64,000 bases of DNA from an uncultured Sporobacter sp. (lineage in GTDB: Bacteria > Bacillota > Clostridia > Oscillospirales > Oscillospiraceae): NCBI GenBank assembly GCA_963663605.2, contig CAXXVF010000002.1:401582-465581 (forward strand). The letters run 5' to 3'. Below the pieces are notes generated by a model. It was not told the DNA's origin. It ran no database searches and was given only the letters and a program-made list of their open reading frames with translations. Positions 55,201 through 63,403 of this stretch are shown here, in pieces (positions within the stretch are counted from its first letter, which is position 1; every line of letters starts with the position of its first letter). The translations under genes and the position numbers were made by a program.

Positions 55201-56512
55201 CTTTACGGCGAAAAGACCGCCTGATCCGGCAGGAAAGGTGATTAATATAGAAAATATTTTGGATAATGAGCTTGAAAAAGCCGTACTGGCGGGCCTTTCG
55301 GCCGACAGTATGGAAATATCTGAGCGCTCGACGGAAGAAAGCCTGGACGAGCTCGAGGCGCTTTTGGAGACGGCGGGCGGCGTTTCATGCGGGCGGATAC
55401 TGCAAAACAAAGCCACGCCCGAACCGCGCACATTCATCGGCACAGGTAAAGTCGGCGAGATGAAAGCGCTGGCGGAAGCCGAGGAATGTACGCTGGCCGT
55501 ATTCGACAACGAGCTGTCGCCGTCACAAATGCGGGCGCTGGAGGAAGACCTCGGCGTGCGCGTCATGGACCGGTCGTCGCTCATACTCGACATTTTCGCG
55601 CAGCGGGCCGCGACCCGGGAGGGGCGGCTTCAGGTGGAGCTGGCGCAGTACAAGTATCTTCTGCCGAGGCTCACCGGCATGTGGACGCATCTGAAGCGCC
55701 AGGCGGGCGTATCGGCCCCCATCGGGACGCGCGGCCCCGGCGAGACGCAGCTGGAAACAGACAGGCGTCATATACGGCGCAAGATAACAAAGCTTGAAGA
55801 AGAGCTTGAAAGCGTAAAGAAAGTGCGTTCGACGCAGCGCCGACGCCGCGAAAAGAACGGCGTGCCGGTCGTGGCGCTCGTGGGGTACACGAACGCAGGG
55901 AAATCGACCCTTTTAAACGCGCTGACCGGAACGGGCATCCCCGCAAGAGACCGGCTGTTCGACACGCTGGATACGACGACGCGCCACTTGAAGGTCAGCG
56001 ATACGCTGGAGGTGCTTTTGTCCGACACGGTCGGCTTTATCCGGAAGCTGCCGCACCATTTGGTGGAAGCGTTCAAAGCAACGCTTGAAGAACTCACATA
56101 CGCCGACCTGCTCGTGCATGTCATAGACGCGTCCAGCCCCTATTGGACGCAGCAGGCGGAAGTCGTGGACAAGCTTATAGAAGAGCTCGGCGCGTCGCAG
56201 ACGCCGCGCATCGAAGTTTTCAACAAATGCGACTTGAGGCTGCCGGAGCAGCGCCGCCGGGATGCCGATACCGTTGATGTTTCCGCGAAAACAGGCGCGG
56301 GGCTCGATACGCTTTCAGAAATGATCGAACGTGTCCTGCAGAAGACGAAGAAAGAAGTCGTTTTACACCTGCCTTATGAAAGAGGCGGATTATTGGAGCA
56401 GCTGCACCGCGAGGCGGCCGTCGTCGGCACCCGTTATCTGGATGACTGCATTGAAGTCAAAGCGGTCGTCGGCCCGGATACCTACGGAAAGCTGCGCGGC
56501 TATATAATATAG
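55193..56512 (+). CDS. hflX: GTPase HflX
   Basis: HflX N-domain (GKVGEMK) with G1 GYTNAGKST, G3 DTVGF and G4 NKCD. The track start lies inside the rpmE terminator, so the true start is probably further downstream and remains uncertain. Confidence 0.85.
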   Translation: MFFFTAKRPPDPAGKVINIENILDNELEKAVLAGLSADSMEISERSTEESLDELEALLETAGGVSCGRILQNKATPEPRTFIGTGKVGEMKALAEAEECTLAVFDNELSPSQMRALEEDLGVRVMDRSSLILDIFAQRAATREGRLQVELAQYKYLLPRLTGMWTHLKRQAGVSAPIGTRGPGETQLETDRRHIRRKITKLEEELESVKKVRSTQRRRREKNGVPVVALVGYTNAGKSTLLNALTGTGIPARDRLFDTLDTTTRHLKVSDTLEVLLSDTVGFIRKLPHHLVEAFKATLEELTYADLLVHVIDASSPYWTQQAEVVDKLIEELGASQTPRIEVFNKCDLRLPEQRRRDADTVDVSAKTGAGLDTLSEMIERVLQKTKKEVVLHLPYERGGLLEQLHREAAVVGTRYLDDCIEVKAVVGPDTYGKLRGYII

Positions 56513-56570
56513 ACAATACCGAAGACGCATACGGCATAAATTTCGGTTTTCGCAATTTGGAGAGGGAAAA

Positions 56571-57479
56571 ATGAACGAGGCATTGAAAAAGGCATACGCG
56601 TCGAAATACTTCAGGACCGGCGCGGAGGTACGCCTTCCAAAAGAAGAAAATCCTTACCCGCAGATGAAATATGATTCTGTAAGGCTTATGAGCACGCCGG
56701 ATTTCGGGAATCTGAACACGGCTTCCTACTGGCAGTATATCTGCGCGCCGCTGTCGCTGAATCCGCAGATGAAGAAAAACGACAGGGACCGGTATCTGAC
56801 GCTTTTAGGCGGCGATATGCGCAATACGCTTTTGCTCGGGGGCGTCGTTGAGATAACGCTCGGGAGAAGCGCCGACGCGCTCCAGAGCTTTGAATACGAC
56901 CGGGCTGTGGCGGTTTTTATCCCATCCGGCATTTATTACAGTGTGAACGTGAAAAAAATCAAAGATGCAAAATACCCGATATTGTATAACGAGCTTGCGT
57001 TCAGCCCGTCCATTAAAGAAACGTTACCCGAGGATATGACGGATTACGCCGGATTATTCAAATCGGGCGAGGATATCTGGCTCAGGCCGAAGCAGCCGAC
57101 GGAAGCGCTCTGCCCATGCGTCAGCTTTTCAAGCAAAGCGCTGAGCGGGCAGGAACCGCTCAGCCGCAGCTGGCTGCCTGTATCGCAGCCGCTTGAACAG
57201 GAAAACATCCTTCATTCACACACGTTCGACCAGTTTTTATGCTTTATGGGCGCCGATCCTGAAAACATGCTTGAACTCGGCGGTGAGATTGAATTCACCA
57301 TCGGGGAAGAGGGCAAGGAGCCCATCACGTTTTCATCGACCGTGGCCTGCCAGTTTTTCATAAAAAAAGGGCTTTTACACGGAATGCCTGTTTTCAAGAG
57401 GGTCAAAAACCCCTCAAAACCGATCCTTTTCACGGAAACGTCCTTCGCGGAGCATGACGAGCAAAACGATACGCTTTGA
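56571..57479 (+). CDS. Hypothetical protein
   Basis: 302-aa ORF with GGAGAGGG upstream and coding-like composition. No family recognised. Confidence 0.5.
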   Translation: MNEALKKAYASKYFRTGAEVRLPKEENPYPQMKYDSVRLMSTPDFGNLNTASYWQYICAPLSLNPQMKKNDRDRYLTLLGGDMRNTLLLGGVVEITLGRSADALQSFEYDRAVAVFIPSGIYYSVNVKKIKDAKYPILYNELAFSPSIKETLPEDMTDYAGLFKSGEDIWLRPKQPTEALCPCVSFSSKALSGQEPLSRSWLPVSQPLEQENILHSHTFDQFLCFMGADPENMLELGGEIEFTIGEEGKEPITFSSTVACQFFIKKGLLHGMPVFKRVKNPSKPILFTETSFAEHDEQNDTL

Positions 57480-57544
57480 TGAAGCGGTGAGATCAGAGAT
57501 GTTTTTACGGAAATATTCAATACGGCACGGCAGGGGAGAAGGAC

Positions 57545-58171
57545 ATGGGTTATCTTACGCCCGCTGGATACGGTGAAGCGGAGTTTGTCGAAAAACGTTC
57601 GCGGTTTATCGGTCAGGTTTGGCCTGCTGTTTCGGAGGAAGAAGCCCGCGAAACGATTGCACGGATCAAATCGAAATATCACGACGCGCGGCACAACTGC
57701 TGGTGCTACACCATCCGCGACGGCGGCATCGTACGGTATGCCGACGACGGCGAGCCGCAGGGGACGGCCGGTCAGCCGATGCTGGAGGTTTTCCGGCGCG
57801 GCGGCGTCGAAGACGCCGTGTGCGTCGTGACGCGCTACTTCGGCGGCATACTGCTTGGCGCGGGCGGACTGACGCGGGCCTACGCGCACACGGCGAAGCT
57901 GGCGCTTGACGCGGCCGGCGTAGCTGAGATGCGCCTTTGGGCGGCCGTTGAGGCGGTCTGCCCGTACAGCTTGTTTGAACGCGTCAAAAACGAGATCGAA
58001 TCCTCCGGCGGCGTCGTGGAGCGTTCGGACTACGGCGCGGACGTGACCGTTACGGCTTTGTTTTCGTCGGAAACAGCGGAAGACTACATAAGACGGCTTG
58101 CCGAAATGAGTTCCGGCACGGTTTCCGGGAAAATTACAGAAGAAAAATACATGGCGGTAACGCTTAACTAA
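57545..58171 (+). CDS. yigZ: YigZ / IMPACT-family protein
   Basis: KRSRFIG, HNCWCY and DDGEPQGTAG motifs. Confidence 0.85.
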   Translation: MGYLTPAGYGEAEFVEKRSRFIGQVWPAVSEEEARETIARIKSKYHDARHNCWCYTIRDGGIVRYADDGEPQGTAGQPMLEVFRRGGVEDAVCVVTRYFGGILLGAGGLTRAYAHTAKLALDAAGVAEMRLWAAVEAVCPYSLFERVKNEIESSGGVVERSDYGADVTVTALFSSETAEDYIRRLAEMSSGTVSGKITEEKYMAVTLN

Positions 58172-58178
58172 AAACAAT

Positions 58179-58213
58179 GCCGTTCTGCAGGCAGCAGGAC
58201 GGCGTTTGCCTTT
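58179..58213 (+). terminator. Candidate terminator after yigZ
   Basis: GCCGTTCTGC...GCAGGACGGC followed by GTTTGCCTTTG, which is a weak U-tract. Confidence 0.4.
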
Positions 58214-58340
58214 GCTAAAGCATTATACCTAACAACTCCGGAAAAATGTTTAAATCACCGGGCTTGATTAAAGAATATAGACATGCTAGCATAGAAGCAG
58301 GCGCAGTGTATACAGAACAGATAAATAAAGAGGTACGGCT

Positions 58341-59639
58341 ATGACGGCATACTCCGTTAACATAAAAAACGAAAACAGATGGTACCGGCTGGATAACGCA
58401 GCCAAAATATACCCTGCCGTCAGAAACTCCAGACGTGTCGGCGTTTTCAGGATGGCGGCGCTGATGAAAGAGGCGGTAGAGCCGGATGTTCTGCAGAAGG
58501 CCCTGGCGCTGACCCTGCAGCGGTTCCCGTCCTTTAATGTCCGGATACAAAAGGGCTTGTTCTGGTATTATTTCGAACACAATCCCGCCGAGGTGATCGT
58601 AACGCCGGAAATAGCGCCCGTATGCCGGCCGATAAAAATCGAAGAAAACAACGGGTATTTGTTTCGAGTGTGTTATTATCACAAACGCATCAGCCTGGAG
58701 GTTTTCCACGCCGTTACGGACGGTACGGGCGCAATCGCATTTCTGAAATCCATCGTATTTAAATATCTGTCCCTGAAGGGCGAACCGGTCAAAGATGATG
58801 ACGGGACGCTGGACGGCCAGCAGTATCCGTCTGTCGGGGAAGTTGAAGACAGTTTCCTTCAGTTTTATGACGAAAAAGTTAAAACAGGCTGGGCCGGGAA
58901 CAAGGCTTACCAGATAAAAGGGACGAGCATTCCGCACGAATACGTGCGGATTACGCAGGGGATCGTGCCGGTCAAGGCGTTTAAGGACCTTTCCAAAAAC
59001 TGCGGTGCGACCGTAACGGAGTATTTGTCGGCCCTCCTGATTGCCGCCGTATATGAAACGCAGCTGAAAGGGAAGGGGGACAAGCTGCCTGTCGTTGTCT
59101 CCGTGCCTGTGAACCTCAGACGTTATTTTCCGTCGAAGACGCTGCGTAACTTCACTTCTTATATCCATGTCGGACAGGCCTTTTCCGCCGGAGAATACAC
59201 CTTTGAGGATATTTTAAAGACAGTTAAGGAAGACACCGAAAAAAACTTAAAAAAAGAGACGTTTATTGAGAAGATCAGCGCAAATGTCGCCGCGGAGCGC
59301 AGCCCGTTCATGCGCTTAACGCCCCTGTTTATGAAAAATATTGCGCTGAGGACCGCGTTTAACCTTTACGGAGATCGTCTCATGACCTCGACATTATCGA
59401 ATCTTGGCGTCGTTGAACTGCCGGAGTCCATGAAAGAACATATACAGCGGTTCGATTTCATACTCGGCGCACCGGTGAAAAACATGCTCAGCTGCGCCGT
59501 ATGCTCCTTCGGCGATAATATGACGGTTTCGTTTTCGAGCATCATGGAGGAAACGGACATTGAACGGTTTATTTTCCGGTTTCTTGCCCGGAAGGGACTG
59601 GATGTTGTGATCGAAACTAATTATGGAGTTGCCGAATGA
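58341..59639 (+). CDS. HxxxD-motif acyltransferase (condensation / alcohol-acetyltransferase-like fold)
   Basis: 432 aa. HAVTDGTG is the catalytic HxxxDG motif, placed about 140 aa from the N-terminus as in the condensation / WS-DGAT / AATase superfamily. Confidence 0.6.
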   Translation: MTAYSVNIKNENRWYRLDNAAKIYPAVRNSRRVGVFRMAALMKEAVEPDVLQKALALTLQRFPSFNVRIQKGLFWYYFEHNPAEVIVTPEIAPVCRPIKIEENNGYLFRVCYYHKRISLEVFHAVTDGTGAIAFLKSIVFKYLSLKGEPVKDDDGTLDGQQYPSVGEVEDSFLQFYDEKVKTGWAGNKAYQIKGTSIPHEYVRITQGIVPVKAFKDLSKNCGATVTEYLSALLIAAVYETQLKGKGDKLPVVVSVPVNLRRYFPSKTLRNFTSYIHVGQAFSAGEYTFEDILKTVKEDTEKNLKKETFIEKISANVAAERSPFMRLTPLFMKNIALRTAFNLYGDRLMTSTLSNLGVVELPESMKEHIQRFDFILGAPVKNMLSCAVCSFGDNMTVSFSSIMEETDIERFIFRFLARKGLDVVIETNYGVAE

Positions 59640-60340
59640 AATACTGCAGGAAATGTGCGCTAAAAATAAATACGAGACAGCAGTTCTGTCCGCTTTGCGC
59701 CTGTGATTTATCCGATGCTGAAACAGACGGCGGCCGGACAACGTCCGGAGAAGGAAACGAAACCGGGACGGAATACGACCTGTATCCGTTAAGCAGCGAC
59801 GGCATCAAATACGACCTGACTTTCAGGATCTTTCTGTTTCTGACCATTATAGTCGTTTGCAGCTGCGTGCTGATCAACATTCTGGCCTACGACGGCATGC
59901 TCTGGTCGCTGATCGTCGCGGGCGGCGTGGGTTTTGCCTGGGCGGCGATTGGGTATCCGGTCATTGTCAAAAAAAACATCGGCCATCATATCATGGTGGA
60001 TGCCGTCTGCTTATGTCTGTTTTTTATCATGGTGCAGTTCGTAACGAAAACGACAGGCTGGAGCCTCGACTACGTCATACCGTTTATGTTCATTGGCGCG
60101 ACGACGACCATCTCTTTTACTATACTCATCAGACGTATGAAATGGCGGGAATACGCACTATATCAGTTTATAACGATCATTTTGGGATTGTTGCCGGTGA
60201 TTTCCGTCATCGCAGGTCTCGTTGAAATCATCTGGCCCAGCATCGTCTCGGCGTTTTATTCGTTTATCACGCTGCTCGGCATGTTTATATTCGCGGATAA
60301 AAAATACAGAAATGAGCTGATCAAGCGGTTTCATTTTTGA
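59636..60340 (+). CDS. N-terminal zinc-ribbon plus polytopic membrane protein (DUF6320-like)
   Basis: MKYCRKCALKINTRQQFCPLCAC has two CxxC pairs, followed by 5-6 TM helices. Its start overlaps the upstream stop as ATGA. Confidence 0.55.
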   Translation: MKYCRKCALKINTRQQFCPLCACDLSDAETDGGRTTSGEGNETGTEYDLYPLSSDGIKYDLTFRIFLFLTIIVVCSCVLINILAYDGMLWSLIVAGGVGFAWAAIGYPVIVKKNIGHHIMVDAVCLCLFFIMVQFVTKTTGWSLDYVIPFMFIGATTTISFTILIRRMKWREYALYQFITIILGLLPVISVIAGLVEIIWPSIVSAFYSFITLLGMFIFADKKYRNELIKRFHF

Positions 60341-60384
60341 AACATATCCGATGATAAGAAGACATAAAAAATTGCCGGAACGTG

Positions 60385-60413
60385 TTGCAAAGCGCTCCGT
60401 TTTGTGCTATTAT
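60385..60413 (+). promoter_or_regulatory. Near-consensus sigma-A promoter with no downstream CDS
   Basis: TTGCAA, a 17-nt spacer and TGcTATTAT (an extended -10). Confidence 0.5.
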
Positions 60414-60419
60414 CATCTG

Positions 60420-60575
60420 GCGTCTGTTTTATGTATGAAAAGACAGACGCGAAGTGGTTGAGAGCATGTTAGTTAGTCACCCGTTAGCCACGCAGATTGC
60501 AATACCTGTTTCGTGTTTAAATCTGGATCGTATACATAATGAGCAAGCCGAGGGATTAACCCCCGGCTTTTTTTA
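60420..60575 (+). ncRNA. Candidate ~155-nt small RNA (unclassified)
   Basis: It is bounded by the promoter above and by a terminator, AGCCGAGGG-ATTAA-CCCCCGGCT followed by T7. It begins with an 11-bp hairpin at 60420-60450 and contains two GTTAGYCAC repeats. The only ORF has no RBS and reads through the terminator. Confidence 0.3.
60482..60501 (+). repeat. GTTAGTCAC / GTTAGCCAC direct repeats (left cluster)
   Basis: GTTAGTCAC lies at 60482-60490 and GTTAGCCAC at 60493-60501, with 11-nt periodicity. Confidence 0.7.
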
Positions 60576-60793
60576 TTATGTTTTTAACAGATATCGTAAT
60601 CTACGATTTCGTATTCGTCCTCGTCAACCTCTCAGTAAATCGATTTAAGAGTATATTTTTCAACCGATGCGTCCCGGTATCCAGTGCCGGAGCATTTCCA
60701 GCAGTTTAAATAGACTTTGCCGTTCCATCCGTCGAGCGTAAAAACCTATCCTTTCGTCAAATTACAATAATATTATATTCGTTTTGCGATATC

Positions 60794-60822
60794 TTGACAA
60801 GAGAAATGTTATTGTGTAAAAT
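60794..60822 (+). promoter_or_regulatory. Consensus-like sigma-A promoter of the xre gene
   Basis: TTGACA, a 17-nt spacer and TAAAAT lie 31 nt upstream of the ATG at 60854. Confidence 0.55.
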
Positions 60823-60853
60823 TAAAAATTATCATACTTTAGGGGTTTATAGA

Positions 60854-61192
60854 ATGGAGTTGGGAAACAGAATCAAAAAAAAGCGATTGGCGCTTGGGTT
60901 AACGCAAGAGGAATTGGCGGAAAAAGTCGGCGTGAAATTTGCCGCGATCCACAAGTATGAGAACGGAATCATAACGAATATTCCACTAGATAGGGTGGAG
61001 GCTATAGCTAATGCACTGAACACAACACCGGCGTATTTAACGGGGTGGGACAAAGAACTCGCCGCCCCGGAATGGAGCGACGAGCAGGAGAGAGAAAACG
61101 CGGAGATGTTTAAGGCGCTGACACCTGAGAAGCGGGAAGATGTTTTGAGGTACATGCGGTATCTGTTATCATCTTTAGAATCAGGCAAGTGA
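60854..61192 (+). CDS. XRE-family HTH transcriptional regulator (phage-repressor-like)
   Basis: MELGNRIKKKRLALGLTQEELAEKVGVKFAAIHKYENG is a canonical HTH_3 motif. Confidence 0.85.
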   Translation: MELGNRIKKKRLALGLTQEELAEKVGVKFAAIHKYENGIITNIPLDRVEAIANALNTTPAYLTGWDKELAAPEWSDEQERENAEMFKALTPEKREDVLRYMRYLLSSLESGK

Positions 61193-61259
61193 TTTTTGTG
61201 CCGATTAAGTGTTCCAATTTAGTAAATTCCGACATGCACTGCGCCTCCATATTATTTAA

Positions 61260-61571
61260 CGCAATATACCGATTGCGGACTGTGTATATGATATTGCGTG
61301 TGAGTTGTGCGAAAGAACGGATAAAAAGATATTGACATTGCCTGAAAAGAAATGGTATTATACCTATCACGCGACACTTCAAAGGCTCGGTATCCGCGAT
61401 CTGAACGCGCACTGCTGCCGCCATACTTGCGCGACGGCTCTGGCTGAAGCGGATGTACCACCGGCTATCATCCAGGCTATCTTAGGACACGGCGATTACT
61501 CAACCACGTTAGGATATACGCACATAAGCGTGAGGGAGCTATTGGCAGGTGTCAACAAACAATACAGTTAG
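61260..61571 (+). pseudogene. Truncated tyrosine recombinase/integrase (C-terminal ~100 aa only)
   Basis: It retains the HxxR box (HCCRHTCAT), GHGDYSTT and the catalytic Tyr (LGYTH). The N-terminal core-binding domain and the box I Arg are absent. The frame opens only after the stop at 61257, and there is no proper start. Confidence 0.75.
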
Positions 61572-61600
61572 CCACCTGAGTTAGCCACCGTGTTAGCCAC
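61567..61600 (+). repeat. Three tandem GTTAGCCAC direct repeats (right cluster)
   Basis: Perfect copies lie at 61567-61575, 61580-61588 and 61592-61600, spaced 13 and 12 nt apart. The first copy overlaps the integrase stop codon. Confidence 0.75.
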
Positions 61601-61687
61601 CGGAGAACATTTTAGACAATTTCGCACAATTATTGCCAATCGAGAAAAACCCGCAAAGCATTGAAAACACTGATAAAATCAACATTT

Positions 61688-61763
61688 CCGGGTGTGGCGC
61701 AGTTGGTAGCGCGCCTGACTGGGGGTCAGGAGGCCGCTGGTTCAAGTCCAGTCACTCGGACCA
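61688..61763 (+). tRNA. tRNA-Pro(GGG), CCA encoded
   Basis: The 7-bp acceptor stem CCGGGTG/CACTCGG contains one G-U pair. The D arm is GCGC/GCGC, the anticodon stem CCTGA/TCAGG, the loop CTGGGGG and the T loop TTCAAGT. Confidence 0.85.
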
Positions 61764-61769
61764 AGAAGA

Positions 61770-61808
61770 AATCCTGTAATCAAAATGGTTGCAGGGTTTT
61801 TTGTTTTT
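61770..61808 (+). terminator. Intrinsic terminator after tRNA-Pro
   Basis: AATCCTGTAA-(9 nt)-TTGCAGGGTT followed by TTTTGTTTTT. Confidence 0.6.
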
Positions 61809-61925
61809 ATCAATATTTGTAAATCACCATTGTTCAAACACTTCTCCCGGCAATTATGAGCAAATTCTTACAGCGCGGGAATCTCGGGCCGTTCAGAATT
61901 TCTGCCTGTGATTAATTAAAACAGA

Positions 61926-61954
61926 TTGACTTATATATATTTCTGTGCTAATAT
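61926..61954 (+). promoter_or_regulatory. Sigma-A promoter of the zinc-ribbon gene
   Basis: TTGACT, a 17-nt spacer and TAATAT. Confidence 0.55.
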
Positions 61955-61956
61955 GC

Positions 61957-61990
61957 AATAGCTGCGATGTGAATCGACATCGCAGCTATT
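61957..61990 (+). promoter_or_regulatory. Perfect 14-bp inverted repeat at the transcript start / 5' UTR
   Basis: AATAGCTGCGATGT-GAATCG-ACATCGCAGCTATT starts 3 nt after the -10 element and ends 10 nt before the RBS AAAGAGG. Confidence 0.5.
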
Positions 61991-62009
61991 TTACTAAAAG
62001 AGGTATTTA

Positions 62010-62285
62010 ATGTTTAACGACAAAACCCTCGTCTGCAAGGATTGCGGACAAGAATTCACTTTTACCGCCGGCGAACAGGAGTTTCACGCTGAAAAAGGCT
62101 TCACAAACGAACCGCAGCGGTGCAAGCAATGCCGTGATGAACGTAAGGGCAACAGAAACGCCCGCGGCAACGGCCCGCGTCAGATGTACGATGCCGTTTG
62201 CGCAGAGTGCGGAGCACCATGCAAGGTTCCTTTTGAACCACGCAACGACCGGCCTGTTTATTGCAGCGACTGCTTCAGAAGATAA
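62010..62285 (+). CDS. Small zinc-ribbon protein (zf-trcl-like, double CxxC...CxxC)
   Basis: CKDCGQEFTFTAGEQEF...CKQC and CAECGAPCKVPFEP...PVYCSDCF. 91 aa with a good RBS. Confidence 0.7.
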   Translation: MFNDKTLVCKDCGQEFTFTAGEQEFHAEKGFTNEPQRCKQCRDERKGNRNARGNGPRQMYDAVCAECGAPCKVPFEPRNDRPVYCSDCFRR

Positions 62286-62586
62286 ACAAGTGACTTCAGG
62301 GACACGTTCCATTTCGGGGCGTGTTTTTCTTTTTTCGTTTTTTCGTTTTGAAACCGCTGTCATTGCAAAAGGCCGGCTGAAAAGGATCGGATTTGTTTGC
62401 GGATTTCACATTCTATTGCGACGGGAACGAATCGATAATACTGAGTGACTATGTGTCAATATATGAACCACAAAAAACTTACCCAGCAGCTGAAATAACA
62501 ACAGATTATGGAACCTTCGAACTTCGCTATGCATTATCCGAAAATCCCGGCAACCAATATGGCTGCCGGGATGTGTCTGTTAATAT

Positions 62587-63222
62587 TCAAAGCCGTCCCT
62601 GAACAAAATATCCCGCCAGCTTTACGTATTCGGACATAACGAGCCTGAAGCTGTAGCCGTTCGACCACCATTTTGCGGGCGTAAAACCCTCGTCGTCGGA
62701 GCTGCAGTAAACAAAGCTTACGCCGGTGTCCCTGAAAGCCTTTTTGAAAACGAGCATGGACCTTCTCGTATGATAATCCGAAGTGACCACGATCGCGGAT
62801 TCAAAGCCCATTTCCAATACAATATCCTTCGTGAATACGGCGTTTTCATAGGTGCTGGAAGATTTGTCTTCTTCGAGTATATTGTCCGCCGATATTCCTG
62901 ATTCAACGGCATACTGTTTCATCAAAGCGATCTTGTCCTCGCAGCCGGTAAGCAGCAGCTTGTCGCTGTAGCCTTCCTTGCAGAGCGTTACGGCATGAGC
63001 GATGCGCTCATCACCACCGGTCAAAACGACGATAACATCCGATTTGACAGGCGTGTTGTTTACGACCAGGAACTTCCCAAGATTGATGAAAAGGACGAAT
63101 AGAACTATTAATATTGCAGCAATTACAAAAATCATTATCCAACACCTTTTAAGATTTTTTTTCTTTCGAACCGGCTGACCGGAAGCGCCGGTTATTTTTT
63201 TGTTTTCGCTAAACTTGTCCAT
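62587..63222 (-). CDS. YdcF/DUF218-family (SanA/ElyC-like) membrane-anchored protein
   Basis: N-terminal TM segment, then DVIVVLTGGDERI and VTSDYHTRR motifs. Confidence 0.75.
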   Translation of the reverse strand: MDKFSENKKITGASGQPVRKKKNLKRCWIMIFVIAAILIVLFVLFINLGKFLVVNNTPVKSDVIVVLTGGDERIAHAVTLCKEGYSDKLLLTGCEDKIALMKQYAVESGISADNILEEDKSSSTYENAVFTKDIVLEMGFESAIVVTSDYHTRRSMLVFKKAFRDTGVSFVYCSSDDEGFTPAKWWSNGYSFRLVMSEYVKLAGYFVQGRL

Positions 63223-63403
63223 CTTACATCGCTCCTTGTCTGCGCACGTTTGACGGCGTTTAATCAGTTGCCGTAGCTATTCTACCATATTCCGGCGTGT
63301 TTGGCAGCCTGTTAAAGCTATTTTATTCAGAGGTCGGCCGCCTAGCCCAAATGGAAGCCGGTTGGGGGAGGGGACCGGATATTACGCATTAATAAAGACT
63401 TTT

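Noticed and set aside
60454-60648. 64-aa ORF within the candidate sRNA unit.
   Set aside because: It has no convincing RBS, it reads straight through a strong intrinsic terminator, and its composition is not protein-like.
60632-60745. Minus-strand 37-codon frame encoding ...DGWNGKVYLNCWKCSGTGYRD..., which contains a DnaJ-type CxxCxGxG zinc-finger motif.
   Set aside because: There is no ATG, GTG or TTG start after the preceding stop, and no RBS. At most it is a gene remnant that supports the decayed-element interpretation, so it cannot be called as a CDS.
60482-61600. GTTAGCCAC repeat clusters considered as a CRISPR array.
   Set aside because: The repeat unit is only 9 nt and the spacers only 2-4 nt. 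The two clusters are 1.1 kb apart with genes between them, and no cas genes are present.
62393-62602. 69-aa plus-strand ORF downstream of the zinc-ribbon gene.
   Set aside because: It has a TTG start with no RBS, sits just beyond that gene's terminator, overlaps the 3' end of the convergent DUF218 gene, and has no recognisable motif. It may be a remnant but is not supportable.
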